Origin: Eledone cirrhosa
Lineage: Eukaryota
DNA length: 64,000 bases
Direction: 5' to 3'
NCBI GenBank assembly: GCA_964016885.1
Contig: OZ024742.1
Location: forward strand, 322,834,001-322,898,000
Numbering within the stretch: the stretch's first letter is position 1; each line of letters begins with the position of its first letter. The position numbers and the translations under genes were made by a program. Below are positions 37,868 through 51,400 of this stretch, in pieces. Below the pieces are notes generated by a model, which was not told the origin of the DNA, did no database searches, and was given only the letters and a program-made list of their open reading frames with translations.

Positions 37868-40338
37868 ATCAGTGAACCCACAGCATTCACTCTGGATGTG
37901 TTGAACCAACTCCAACCAGTGAATCCACAGCATTCACTCTGGATGTATTGAACCAACTCCAACCAGTGAATCCACAGCATTCACTCTGGATGTGTTGAAC
38001 CAACTCCAACCAGTGAATCCACAGCATTCACTCTGGATGTGTTGAACCAACTCCAACCAGTGAATCCACAGCATTCACTCTGGATGTGTTGAACCAACTC
38101 CAATCAGTGAACCCACAGCATTCACTCTGGATGTGTTGAACCAACTCCAACCAGTGAATCCACAGCATTCACTCTGGATGTGTTAGCTAACTTTAACCAA
38201 TGAATCCGCAGCATTCACCCTGGATGTGTTGAACCAACTCCAACCAGTGAATCCACAGCATTCACTCTGGATGTGTTGAACCAACTCCAACCAGTGAATC
38301 CACAGCATTCACTCTGGATGTGTTAGCCAACTTTAACCAATGAATCCGCAGCATTCACTCTGGATGTGTTAGCCAACTTTAACCAATGAATCCACAGCAT
38401 TCACTCTGGATGTGTTAGCCAACTTTAACCAATGAATCCACAGCATTCACTCTGGATGTGTTAGCCAACTTTAACCAATGAATCCGCAGCATTCACTCTG
38501 GATGTGTTAGCCAACTTTAACCAATGAATCCACAGCATTCACTCTGGATGTGTTAGCCAACTTTAACCAATGAATCCACAGCATTCACCCTGGATGTGTT
38601 AGCCAACTTTAACCAATGAATCCACAGCATTCACCCTGGATGTGTTAGCCAACTTTAACCAATGAATCCACAGCATTCACCCTGGATGTGTTAGCCAACT
38701 TTAACCAATGAATCCACAGCATTCACTCTGGATGTGTTAGCCAACTTTAACCAATGAATCCACAGCATTCACCCTGGATGTGTTGAACCAACTCCAACCA
38801 GTGAATCCACAGCATTCACTCTGGATGTGTTAGCCAACTTTAACCAATGAATCCACAGCATTCACTCTGGATGTGTTAGCCAACTTTAACCAATGAATCC
38901 ACAGCATTCACTCTGGATGTGTTAGCCAACTTTAACCAATGAATCCACAGCATTCACCCTGGATGTGTTAGCCAACTTTAACCAATGAATCCACAGCATT
39001 CACCCTGGATGTGTTAGCCAACTTTAACCAATGAATCCACAGCATTCACTCTGGATGTGTTAGCCAACTTTAACCAATGAATCCGCAGCATTCACCCTGG
39101 ATGTGTTGAACCAACTCCAACCAGTGAATCCACAGCATTCACTCTGGATGTGTTAGCCAACTTTAACCAATGAATCCACAGCATTCACCCTGGATGTGTT
39201 AGCCAACTTTAACCAATGAATCCACAGCATTCACCCTGGATGTGTTAGCCAACTTTAACCAATGAATCCACAGCATTCACCCTGGATGTGTTAGCCAACT
39301 TTAACCAATGAATCCACAGCATTCACCCTGGATGTGTTAGCCAACTTTAACCAATGAATCCACAGCATTCACTCTGGATGTGTTAGCCAACTTTAACCAA
39401 TGAATCCGCAGCATTCACCCTGGATGTGTTGAACCAACTCCAACCAGTGAATCCACAGCATTCACTCTGGATGTGTTAGCCAACTTTAACCAGTGAATCC
39501 ACAGCATTCACTCTGGATGTGTTAGCCAACTTTAACCAATGAATCCACAGCATTCACCCTGGATGTGTTAGCCAACTTTAACCAATGAATCCACAGCATT
39601 CACCCTGGATGTGTTAGCCAACTTTAACCAATGAATCCACAGCATTCACTCTGGATGTGTTAGCCAACTTTAACCAATGAATCCGCAGCATTCACCCTGG
39701 ATGTGTTGAACCAACTCCAACCAGTGAATCCACAGCATTCACTCTGGATGTGTTAGCCAACTTTAACCAATGAATCCACAGCATTCACCCTGGATGTGTT
39801 AGCCAACTTTAACCAATGAATCCACAGCATTCACCCTGGATGTGTTAGCCAACTTTAACCAATGAATCCACAACATTCACCCTGGATGTGTTAGCCAACT
39901 TTAACCAATGAATCCACAGCATTCACTCTGGATGTGTTAGCCAACTTTAACCAATGAATCCACAGCATTCACCCTGGATGTGTTAGCCAACTTTAACCAA
40001 TGAATCCACAGCATTCACCCTGGATGTGTTAGCCAACTTTAACCAATGAATCCGCAGCATTCACCCTGGATGTGTTAGCCAACTTTAACCAATGAATCCA
40101 CAGCATTCACCCTGGATGTGTTAGCCAACTTTAACCAATGAATCCACAGCATTCACCCTGGATGTGTTAGCCAACTTTAACCAATGAATCCGCAGCATTC
40201 ACCCTGGATGTGTTAGCCAACTTTAACCAATGAATCCACAGCATTCACCCTGGATGTGTTAGCCAACTTTAACCAATGAATCCACAGCATTCACCCTGGA
40301 TGTATTGAACCAACTCTAACCAGTGAACCCACAGCATC
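37868..40338. repeat. 46/47-bp minisatellite, about 53 copies, two variants
   Basis: Units ctggatgtgttagccaactttaaccaatgaatccacagcattcacc (46 bp) and ctggatgtgttgaaccaactccaaccagtgaatccacagcattcact (47 bp). Confidence 0.97.
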
Positions 40339-41217
40339 ACAAACAGAAGCCAGTCACACACAACAATCACAGATATATAATACAGAGATGGTCAACAGCA
40401 GATACCATATATGTGAGGACTAGATGTCACTTCCAGATCTGACTTAGTTATAGTAATCTATATTTTCAGTTGTCTATTTCACCTAATACACCTTCCCAAG
40501 AGAGGCTCTGGTGTGACTGCATCACGAATGAGTTCATCCCTGTGATTGTTCTGTACTATCTGATTGACTGTGTGGGTGACAAAGTACACAATCTACTCAA
40601 TAGATATTTTCAGTGTCTTAGTGACTATACTTGACACTCCATCTGAATTAATATTCTTAATAGCTCTATCAACTGTACTACTTTCAATGTTTGTAGCTGG
40701 TTCCTCTCTTATGTCTGTTTGTGGTAGGCTTTCTTTCTCCCTTCCATTCTTATCATTCAACACTCTCGTAGCATTTTCATGCCTCTTTCTTTTCAGAATC
40801 ACTAAGGAATAGCCCCTGTTTTTATTGTGTATCAGGTTTAGAATAAGTGCACTATATCCCTGCATGTTGTAAGAAGTAACTAAAAGGGTTGGTATCGGGA
40901 AAGGTATCTGTTTGTAAAATATTGCCTCAAAAAAACCTGTCCAACCCATGCCAGCATGGCAAAGCTGACATAAAAACAATGATGATACACTGATAGCTCA
41001 ATTTTGCCTAGCACACTGTGTTACCATCTGGAACCCATCACACCACTCATCCTTGAATTGCAGAACATGCTTGTGCTTTTGTAAGATAGGAAGTTGTGGT
41101 TTAAGGGATATTTGGCTGTTGTTTCTGTCAAGTCATGTGATAATGTTGGGATTTCCTCAGGTTGATGGCAAAAGGAATATTGTTTACCAATATATCATTA
41201 TTATTATCACCACTGTC

Positions 41218-41406
41218 GGTGAATTGGCAGTATCGGTAGAGAGTCGGATGCCATGCTTTCCAGCATAGTTACGTCCCTTTACGGTCCGAGTTCAAATCCC
41301 GCCGAGGTTAACTTTGCCTTTCATCCTTACGACGTCGATAAAATAAAGTACCAGTAATGAACTGGGTAATTGCTGGCCTTGTGCCAAAAGTAGAAACAAT
41401 TATTAT
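41218..41406 (+). mobile_element. Second SINE family copy
   Basis: Matches 24028-24224. Confidence 0.8.
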
Positions 41407-41876
41407 CACCACTGTCACCACCATTATTAACAACTTCCTCTATAGTAGTCAGTTTTAATAAAACATTGTATTGAATTAAGAAAATGACTAATCCAGTTTA
41501 GAATATGTACACCACATCCCGTGTAAGAGGTAACTAAAAGGATTGGCACTAGGTCAGGCATCCAGCTTTAATGCATTGCCTAAAAAATGGCTACATGATG
41601 AATATGAATCCTGTCATGGGGGCCCACAAAGCTAAACCGTACTTTAGCAAGGAAAATGCCATTAAAATGCTTGTTGTTGTACTTAGAAAACCCATTTGAC
41701 CATGGTCAAGTGGACATAATATGCCAAGAAATATATGAGTTAGTATAGGAGGAAACAAAGGCTTTTATTTATTTGGGTTGGAGCGAGTAAATGACATTAA
41801 TATATTAATCATTTATCATTGTCCTTCCTGCTTTATCACTGAGTGCAAATAGTTTGTATGCACATATATATGTATA

Positions 41877-42170
41877 TCATCATCGTTTAACGTCTATCTT
41901 CCACACTAGCATGAGTTAGATCGGAATTTTCCCACTTGAGGCAAGATTGGTCGGGTGACTGTGTCTCGCTCGTATAGGACTGTACCTGGCAGGTTTTCAA
42001 CGGCTGGATGCCCTTCCTAACATCAACCACATTTAGTGTGGACTGGGAGCCTTTTTACCGTGTCTCCTACACGACCACTTTACAGCATGGACTGGGTGCG
42101 TTTTGTTATGACACCTACACGACCACTTTAGTGTGGACTGGATGTTCTGTGGTACCAACGTAACTCTAGA
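41877..42170 (-). mobile_element. RTE 3' UTR fragment
   Basis: Matches 44225-44510 (cgtttaacgtc...ttttcccacttgaggcaag...ggatgcccttcctaac). Confidence 0.75.
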
Positions 42171-42679
42171 GAAAGGGTGGTATAGACTGCCTAAATGGAA
42201 CATATGAGCAAGACTTGGTTTCTAACCCATCTAGCCTCAGACTGGCAACACGTTATCAAACCCATGCCACCTTCATACTTTTTGAGGCAATGTTTTACAG
42301 TCAAATGGCCTTCCTAGTGCGAATTTTAAGCCATTAACAAAAAGCATTTTATGGTCATCTTCTCTGCTAAAGCAAAGTTAACCTTGCAGGCCCTTTGTCA
42401 ACCTTTTCCATATTTCTGTATTGCCCCCCCCCCCCCCCCCCCCCCCCCATTAATTCCTGGTCTTTCATTTCCCCTTCCATTATCTAAGTAATTTCTTTCT
42501 TGGTTTTTCTATTCCTCTATTTCCTTCCACATTCATTTCCCATCATTCCTCTAACCCAGTTACATTCATCCTTCCTCAACACACAACCCAACCATCTCAT
42601 TCCATTTCTCTTCACAACATTCATTACTAGTTCTCTTCCTATTGTCTTCCTCTCTCTCTTTCTCAATGATACCCTCCTT

Positions 42680-43100
42680 ATAATAATAATGAAAATATTG
42701 TGTACAGTGCTCAGGTGCACTACAACTCATCAAAAGTGTATGTATAGTACATAGGGTAATGTACAAACGTCAGGAAAATGAACAGTGCATGAGTCATGAT
42801 ATACACATGTGTGCATGTGTATGGAAGGGGTACATCAGGTGTAGTTTTGGCGAATTTTGGGAAGCATGAGGGTTTTAAAGGATGCAGTGTCTCGGCAGCT
42901 AACAACTGACGCAGGCAGTTTGTTCCATGGTTCAGCAACTCTAAGCGTGAAAAATGTTTCCGAAAGTCATGGGAGCTGTGCTGTTTTCTGATTTTGTAGG
43001 CATGTCCACGTGTGTTAGACACATGGAGATCAAAAAGGTGCTCAGGGTTGTTGTTGGCGAGATAGTTAATAACTTTGTGGGTGTTTACCAAGTCCATTGC
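42680..43100 (-). mobile_element. CR1-clade LINE 3' fragment (same family as 6559-7180)
   Basis: DLVNTHKVINYL...SNTRGHAYKI; same 3' UTR and ATT tail. Confidence 0.85.
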
Positions 43101-43379
43101 CAGACGTGCTTTGTTCACCACAAATCACTGCTGACAGTAATGCTCAGATCACATTCACAAGAAGGCTTCTTGATATTATTGTTGTGGAGGGAGTATGTGG
43201 ATGCTGGGTTTTTCCTCCCAAAATGCATGGTGGTATTTCCATTCTTTCCTACCTTCTCTGCTGCTCCTGGTTTATCACCCCTATCTTACTCCCATAAATC
43301 ATGGCACTTCTCAAACGTGCAACATACACCATTTCCTTCTGTTTCAGTGACACTCTTTTCCTTATAAGCACACCACCAG

Positions 43380-44160
43380 TTTCTGGAGCTGCTTCTATGC
43401 ACATCTCAAGATACCATTACAGAATCTAATTCAGTCTCCATTCAACATGTCTACAAAATAACAAAACCTTTTCACACCTTCCATCTTGACATCATTACCA
43501 AGATCCAGCTCAACATCCTCTTGATTTGCATCTCCCTCAATACACACTTTTCACTTAAATGTAGCTTCCACAATATTTACTACTATCTTCACACGACTAT
43601 ATTTTCAATGTACCCATAGAGTGCATATTGTTCATTTAAGAGTTCATTCAAACATCCTGCACACAGCCACCTTCCCGTTCTTTCCATTTCATTAAAGGTT
43701 TTACTGCTTGCCATCACCTTTGACTTTCCAATATACACTCCTTCAGTTCATCCATGCTCTCTGTTATTAACACCAAGCCTTCTTCATACATCAACTCCCA
43801 TGGTAAGGACTTCTTTACACTTTGAGCCAGTACCTCTTACAAATAGTAGTGGACTTAATACTGATCCCTGATGCACTTCAAACTCTTCACTCTTCCTATC
43901 CTTCATCCTTATAACTGTATGCGCTATCTTATATACTACTCTAACCAACAATACCTACAGTTATAATTCTCTCAATGCCAATATCACTACATCATGTGGA
44001 CCCTAATTGAGACTTTTTTCCAGATCAAAAAATAATTATTATTCTTGTCTTTGTGCTTCTCTTGTAACTGCCTCACAAGAAAAATTGCATTAGTTGTTCT
44101 TTTTCCAGGCGGAAATTCACTGCATTTCATCAGTCTTTACTTTTTCCTTATCTTCTCTAA
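43380..44160 (-). mobile_element. Decayed RTE-like reverse transcriptase remnant
   Basis: Minus strand around 43840-43875 translates [12 protein letters not shown] and around 44010-44035 FDLEK, with many stops. Confidence 0.6.
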
Positions 44161-44198
44161 CAATATGTGCAGTACATGTTCCAATTACTTAATTGCTA

Positions 44199-44199
<1 letters not shown>

Positions 44200-44233
<34 letters not shown>

Positions 44234-47082
44234 ACGTTTAACGTCCGTGTTCCACGCTTGCATGGGTTTCGACGGGGGGTTTTCCCACTTGAGGCAAGAG
44301 TGATTGTCTTGCTCGCATAGGACTGTCTGGCAGGTTTTCTACAGTTGGATGCCCTTCCTAACACCAACCACATTTACAGTGTGGGTCTGGGAGGTTTTTA
44401 CCGTGTTGCCTACACGGCCACATTACAGCATGGACTGTGTGTTTTTTTGTCGTGACACCTACACGATCTCATTTGTTTCGGCCTGGATGGTGTGGCACCA
44501 ACACAACTTTACATAGAAGGGGGCGGTGTGGATGGGGTGGGGGTGGTGGGGCGGGGGTGTATTTTGTTAGAGATGCCTACTGACTGTAGTAGGTTTTACT
44601 ATGTATTTAGGTAAGGCGGGTCTTCTCTATTACTGAGTACCGCCAAAGGTCTCGGTCCAGTGACATTGTCTTGGAGAGGTGGAAGTGTGTGAGGTCGGAG
44701 TTTATCAGCTCGTCCCAGGTTTTTCTAGGTCTGCCTATTCCGTGGCTACCGTCTATCTTTATTGCCCTGCACTTTGTTATACAGCTATCGACTTTCATGC
44801 GCATCACGTGTCCATACCAACGTAGCCTTCTCTCGAGTAAACAACATCTGATCCCTCTTATTTCTAATTTTTTCCTTAGTTCGTTTATGCTTTGCCGTTC
44901 ACGTATATTACTATTACACATCCAGCGGAGCATGCAAGCTTCGTTCCTCTCTAGTCTGCGTATATCCTCTGCACACAATGCCCAGGTCTCACTGCCATGC
45001 AACATTGCTGTTCGTATGCAGGCATCAAACAACCTGCCTTTCATTTTTAGGGAGAACCCTTTAGCGGCTAATAGTGGTATAAGCTCTCTGAACTTTTTCC
45101 ATCCAGTTCTGACTCTAGCTACTGTACTTTCAGAGCACCCTCCCCCACTGCTGATTTTGTCACCCAGGTAACGGAAGCTGTCCACTATTTCTATAGAGCC
45201 CTCTGCGCAGTTGAAAGAGCTAGTATTTTGTGGGCACTTGCTGCTACTTATTGCACCAGAGCACCGGCCACATGTGAAATCTATGTTCTTAGTTAGCTTA
45301 CCTGTCATCCCACTACATCTTTTATGCACCCATACTTTGCATTTCTGACACAAAATGGAGTTTCTACCTACGCCTTTCCTACACACTGAGCATGGCCACT
45401 TCCCAGAAGGGACCGCCGCCTTATTTTCTTTCCTACAAACTAGAACTTTGGTCTTAGCCAGATTAATTTTAAGGCCTTTTGATTCTAGGCCGTGCTTCCA
45501 TGTTTGGAATTTCTTCTCTAGCTCGGCCATTGATTCAGCTATGAGTGTTAGGTCGTCTGCGTATAGGAGTTCCCATGGGCAGCCTGTCTTGAACTCCTCT
45601 GTTATAGCCTGAAGGGCAATAATAAATAGTAGTGGGCTGAGAACAGAGCCCTGATGGACGCCAACTTTTACGCTAAACTCTTCACTATATTCGTTGTTAA
45701 TTCTAACCTTGCTGACTGTTTCTTTATACATGGCTTGTATAGCCCTCACAAGCCATTCGTCAACGCCTAGTTTTCTAAGAGCCCACCAGATAATGGAGCG
45801 GGGGACTCTGTCGAAGGCTTTCTCCAAGTCGACAAAAGCTAAGTAGAGGGGTTTACCTTTAGCTAGGTACTTCTCCTGTAGTTGTCGTACTATGAAAAGA
45901 GCGTCTGTGGTACTTTTGCCTGACACAAACCCGAACTGCATTTCATCTAGGTCAATTCTCTCTCTGATTAGTTGCGCTATTACTTTTTCCGTGACCTTCA
46001 TGACCTGGTCGATTAATTTAATGCCTCTATAGTTACTCCTATCTAGGGCGTCTCCTTTACCCTTATAACAGTTAACGATGATGCTGCTATGCCAGTCCTT
46101 CGGAACAACCCCATTCTGTACGACTTGGTTAACTATGCGGGTGACCATGGTGTGTCCCACCGTGCCAGATGCCTTCAGCATCTCAGCAACTATTTCCGAA
46201 GGCCCAGCCGCCTTACCCGTCTTCATATCCTTGATTGCCTTACTTATTATACTCCCCTCGACTAACACTGCTGGTCCCTCTATTGTGTCGATATGGGGGA
46301 GACTGTCTTTCTCCCATTTATTCTCCTCATTTAGTAGCCTTTCATAGTGACACTTCCAAGCTACCTTCTTATCAGCGTCGGTGATGGCAAGTGTGCCATC
46401 GTCGTTTAGTACACACTTCTCCCCGACAATATCACGGTTTTCCTTGACGCATTGCCTAGCAATCCTGAACACCTCACGTTTTTGGTCATCGCGTTGTAGA
46501 ACATGCTTGAACTTTCTTTCCTCAGCTTCCCTTCTTGCTAAGTACACTTGTCTCCTAGCTTCCCTCCTGGCCACTTGATAGTCTTCTCTACTTCCCCCAT
46601 CCCGCCATACTTTCCAAGCCTGCTTTTTGGCCTTAATTGACCCCTCCACCTTACTGTTCCACCACCATGTTACTCTCCTCCTGCCTACAGGCCTGCTCCA
46701 GCCACAGACTTCGTCTGTCGCCATCAGCAGGTTTGCTTTCAGAAATTCCCACTCTCCCTCTATATTGTCCGACTCTAAATGTTCTTCCTTACTGTCGAAA
46801 GCATCAAGTAATATGCTTTGAAATTTATTCCTGGCTGTGGGGTCCTTTAGCTTCCATATTTTTCTCCTGAGGATAGTCCTCTTCTGCTGTCGAGTACGTC
46901 TCGTCCTGACTATGAGGTCGCTAATTATCAGTCTATGTTGGGAGGTGCATTCTTCATGGGGGAGGGATTTAGTGTTTACAACAGACACTCTGTCACGTCT
47001 TCTGGTAAGGATATAATCTACCTGGCTTGTGTGTTCCCCGGATCTATAGGTGATCAGGTGATTGTCACGTTTTTTGTCACGT
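44200..47082 (-). mobile_element. RTE-clade LINE, 5'-truncated, with uninterrupted ORF, 3' UTR and (GAT)n tail
   Basis: ORF 47082->44607 has the APE C-terminus (SQVDYIL, SQHRLI), RT motifs ([31 protein letters not shown]) and RGRPRKTW-type C-terminus. Tail (atc)n at 44200-44232; the 5' end is lost at a (TA)n tract. Confidence 0.93.
44607..47082 (-). CDS. RTE endonuclease (partial)/reverse transcriptase ORF, about 825 aa, with Cys/His PHD-like insert
   Basis: No stops across the non-microsatellite part of the 1282-aa ORF. CSVC...CQKC...H..C...CGRC follows the YADD region. The N-terminal YI-repeat part of the track ORF is microsatellite artefact. Confidence 0.88.
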
Positions 47083-47609
47083 ATATATGTATATATATAT
47101 ATGTATATATATATGTATATATATATATGTATATATATATATGTATATATATATATGTATATATATATATGTATATATATATGTATATATATATATGTAT
47201 ATATATATGTATATATATATATGTATATATATATATGTATATATATATGTATATATATATATGTATATATATATATGTATATATATATGTATATATATAT
47301 GTATATATATATATGTATATATATATGTATATATATATATGTATATATATATGTATATATATATATGTATATATATATATGTATATATATATATGTATAT
47401 ATATATGTATATATATATATGTATATATATATGTATATATATATATGTATATATATATGTATATATATATATGTATATATATATGTATATATATATATGT
47501 ATATATATATATGTATATATATATATGTATATATATATATGTATATATATATATGTATATATATATATGTATATATATATATGTATATATATATGTATAT
47601 ATATATATG

Positions 47610-47640
<31 letters not shown>

Positions 47641-47681
47641 GTATATATGTATATATATATGTATATGTATATATGTATATA

Positions 47682-47734
<53 letters not shown>

Positions 47735-48009
47735 ATATGTATATATATATATGTATATATATGTATATATATATATGTATATATATATATGTATATATAT
47801 GTATATATATGTATATATATGTATATATATATATGTATATATATGTATATATATGTATATATATGTATATATATGTATATATATATATGTATATATATAT
47901 ATGTATATATATATATGTATATATATATATGTATATATATGTATATATATATATGTATATATATATATGTATGTATATGTATATATGTATATATATGTAT
48001 ATATGTATG

Positions 48010-48058
<49 letters not shown>

Positions 48059-48059
48059 G

Positions 48060-48090
<31 letters not shown>

Positions 48091-48217
48091 GTATATATAT
48101 ATGTATATATATATATATGTATATATATATGTATATATATATATATGTATATATATGTATATATGTATATATATATATATGTATATATATGTATATATAT
48201 ATATATGTATATATATG

Positions 48218-48268
<51 letters not shown>

Positions 48269-48434
48269 GTATATATATATATATGTATATATATGTATGT
48301 ATATATATGTATATATATATATATGTATATATATGTATATATATATATATATATGTATATATATGTATATATATATATATGTATATATATGTATATATAT
48401 ATATATGTATATATATGTATATATATATATATAT
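47083..48434. repeat. (TA)n microsatellite with periodic TG interruptions
   Basis: Directly visible. Confidence 0.97.
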
Positions 48435-51400
48435 ATTAAAAATGTACATCCACATATGTATACTGAAATACTAGTATGCATATGAATACACACACGTGTA
48501 CATATGTAGATGTACCGAGTTTTTCACTGGACACTTTACTGTGAGTGTCCAGCTATTCCGTATGTAAACACACAGACAAACCGGTTTTTAGAGTCATACT
48601 GGTTTTCGAGGAAACACCTTTCCTCTATTCTCCAGAAAGCCAGACAAGGAATATTGGACTAGTTTCGATGTTGTTACATCTCATCAGCAATATTTACCTA
48701 TCTTCCGGCCTTTCTAGAGAATCGTAAAAGCACATATCGTTATATGCTTTTTCTATGAAAATTAGTAGTGGGCAGACTAATTTGCATAGAGCGTGAGTAC
48801 GTACCGGTTCAGCGGAGACGATAAAAACAAATAACGAAACGAAATTAAATTTCGTTTCGTTTGTAACTCACTTTTGTATGACTGACGCTTAAACAATTAA
48901 ATTAAAAATGTACATCCACATATGTATACTGAAATACTAGTATGCATATGAATACACACACGTGTACATATGTAGATGTACCGAGTTTTTCACTGGACAC
49001 TTTACTGTGAGTGTCCAGCTATTCCGTATGTAAACACACAGACAAACCGGTTTTTAGAGTCATACTGGTTTTCGAGGAAACACCTTTCCTCTATTCTCCA
49101 GAAAGCCAGACAAGGAATATTGGACTAGTTTCGATGTTGTTACATCTCATCAGCAATATTTACCTATCTTCCGGCCTTTCTAGAGAATCGTAAAAGCACA
49201 TATCGTTATATGCTTTTTCTATGAAAATTAGTAGTGGGCAGACTAATTTGCATAGAGCGTGAGTACGTACCGGTTCAGCGGAGACGATAAAAACAAATAA
49301 CGAAACGAAATTAAATTTCGTTTCGTTTGTAACTCACTTTTGTATGACTGACGCTTAAACAATTAAATTAAAAATGTACATCCACATATGTATACTGAAA
49401 TACTAGTATGCATATGAATACACACACGTGTACATATGTAGATGTACCGAGTTTTTCACTGGACACTTTACTGTGAGTGTCCAGCTATTCCGTATGTAAA
49501 CACACAGACAAACCGGTTTTTAGAGTCATACTGGTTTTCGAGGAAACACCTTTCCTCTATTCTCCAGAAAGCCAGACAAGGAATATTGGACTAGTTTCGA
49601 TGTTGTTACATCTCATCAGCAATATTTACCTATCTTCCGGCCTTTCTAGAGAATCGTAAAAGCACATATCGTTATATGCTTTTTCTATGAAAATTAGTAG
49701 TGGGCAGACTAATTTGCATAGAGCGTGAGTACGTACCGGTTCAGCGGAGACGATAAAAACAAATAACGAAACGAAATTAAATTTCGTTTCGTTTGTAACT
49801 CACTTTTGTATGACTGACGCTTAAACAATTAAATTAAAAATGTACATCCACATATGTATACTGAAATACTAGTATGCATATGAATACACACACGTGTACA
49901 TATGTAGATGTACCGAGTTTTTCACTGGACACTTTACTGTGAGTGTCCAGCTATTCCGTATGTAAACACACAGACAAACCGGTTTTTAGAGTCATACTGG
50001 TTTTCGAGGAAACACCTTTCCTCTATTCTCCAGAAAGCCAGACAAGGAATATTGGACTAGTTTCGATGTTGTTACATCTCATCAGCAATATTTACCTATC
50101 TTCCGGCCTTTCTAGAGAATCGTAAAAGCACATATCGTTATATGCTTTTTCTATGAAAATTAGTAGTGGGCAGACTAATTTGCATAGAGCGTGAGTACGT
50201 ACCGGTTCAGCGGAGACGATAAAAACAAATAACGAAACGAAATTAAATTTCGTTTCGTTTGTAACTCACTTTTGTATGACTGACGCTTAAACAATTAAAT
50301 TAAAAATGTACATCCACATATGTATACTGAAATACTAGTATGCATATGAATACACACACGTGTACATATGTAGATGTACCGAGTTTTTCACTGGACACTT
50401 TACTGTGAGTGTCCAGCTATTCCGTATGTAAACACACAGACAAACCGGTTTTTAGAGTCATACTGGTTTTCGAGGAAACACCTTTCCTCTATTCTCCAGA
50501 AAGCCAGACAAGGAATATTGGACTAGTTTCGATGTTGTTACATCTCATCAGCAATATTTACCTATCTTCCGGCCTTTCTAGAGAATCGTAAAAGCACATA
50601 TCGTTATATGCTTTTTCTATGAAAATTAGTAGTGGGCAGACTAATTTGCATAGAGCGTGAGTACGTACCGGTTCAGCGGAGACGATAAAAACAAATAACG
50701 AAACGAAATTAAATTTCGTTTCGTTTGTAACTCACTTTTGTATGACTGACGCTTAAACAATTAAATTAAAAATGTACATCCACATATGTATACTGAAATA
50801 CTAGTATGCATATGAATACACACACGTGTACATATGTAGATGTACCGAGTTTTTCACTGGACACTTTACTGTGAGTGTCCAGCTATTCCGTATGTAAACA
50901 CACAGACAAACCGGTTTTTAGAGTCATACTGGTTTTCGAGGAAACACCTTTCCTCTATTCTCCAGAAAGCCAGACAAGGAATATTGGACTAGTTTCGATG
51001 TTGTTACATCTCATCAGCAATATTTACCTATCTTCCGGCCTTTCTAGAGAATCGTAAAAGCACATATCGTTATATGCTTTTTCTATGAAAATTAGTAGTG
51101 GGCAGACTAATTTGCATAGAGCGTGAGTACGTACCGGTTCAGCGGAGACGATAAAAACAAATAACGAAACGAAATTAAATTTCGTTTCGTTTGTAACTCA
51201 CTTTTGTATGACTGACGCTTAAACAATTAAATTAAAAATGTACATCCACATATGTATACTGAAATACTAGTATGCATATGAATACACACACGTGTACATA
51301 TGTAGATGTACCGAGTTTTTCACTGGACACTTTACTGTGAGTGTCCAGCTATTCCGTATGTAAACACACAGACAAACCGGTTTTTAGAGTCATACTGGTT

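Noticed and set aside
37868-40338. CRISPR-like array
   Set aside because: Units are contiguous with no unique spacers, there are no cas genes, and the context is eukaryotic.
40780-40812. Second exon of the plus-strand gene after ctttcttttcag
   Set aside because: Stops follow within a few codons and there is no convincing coding signal or donor.
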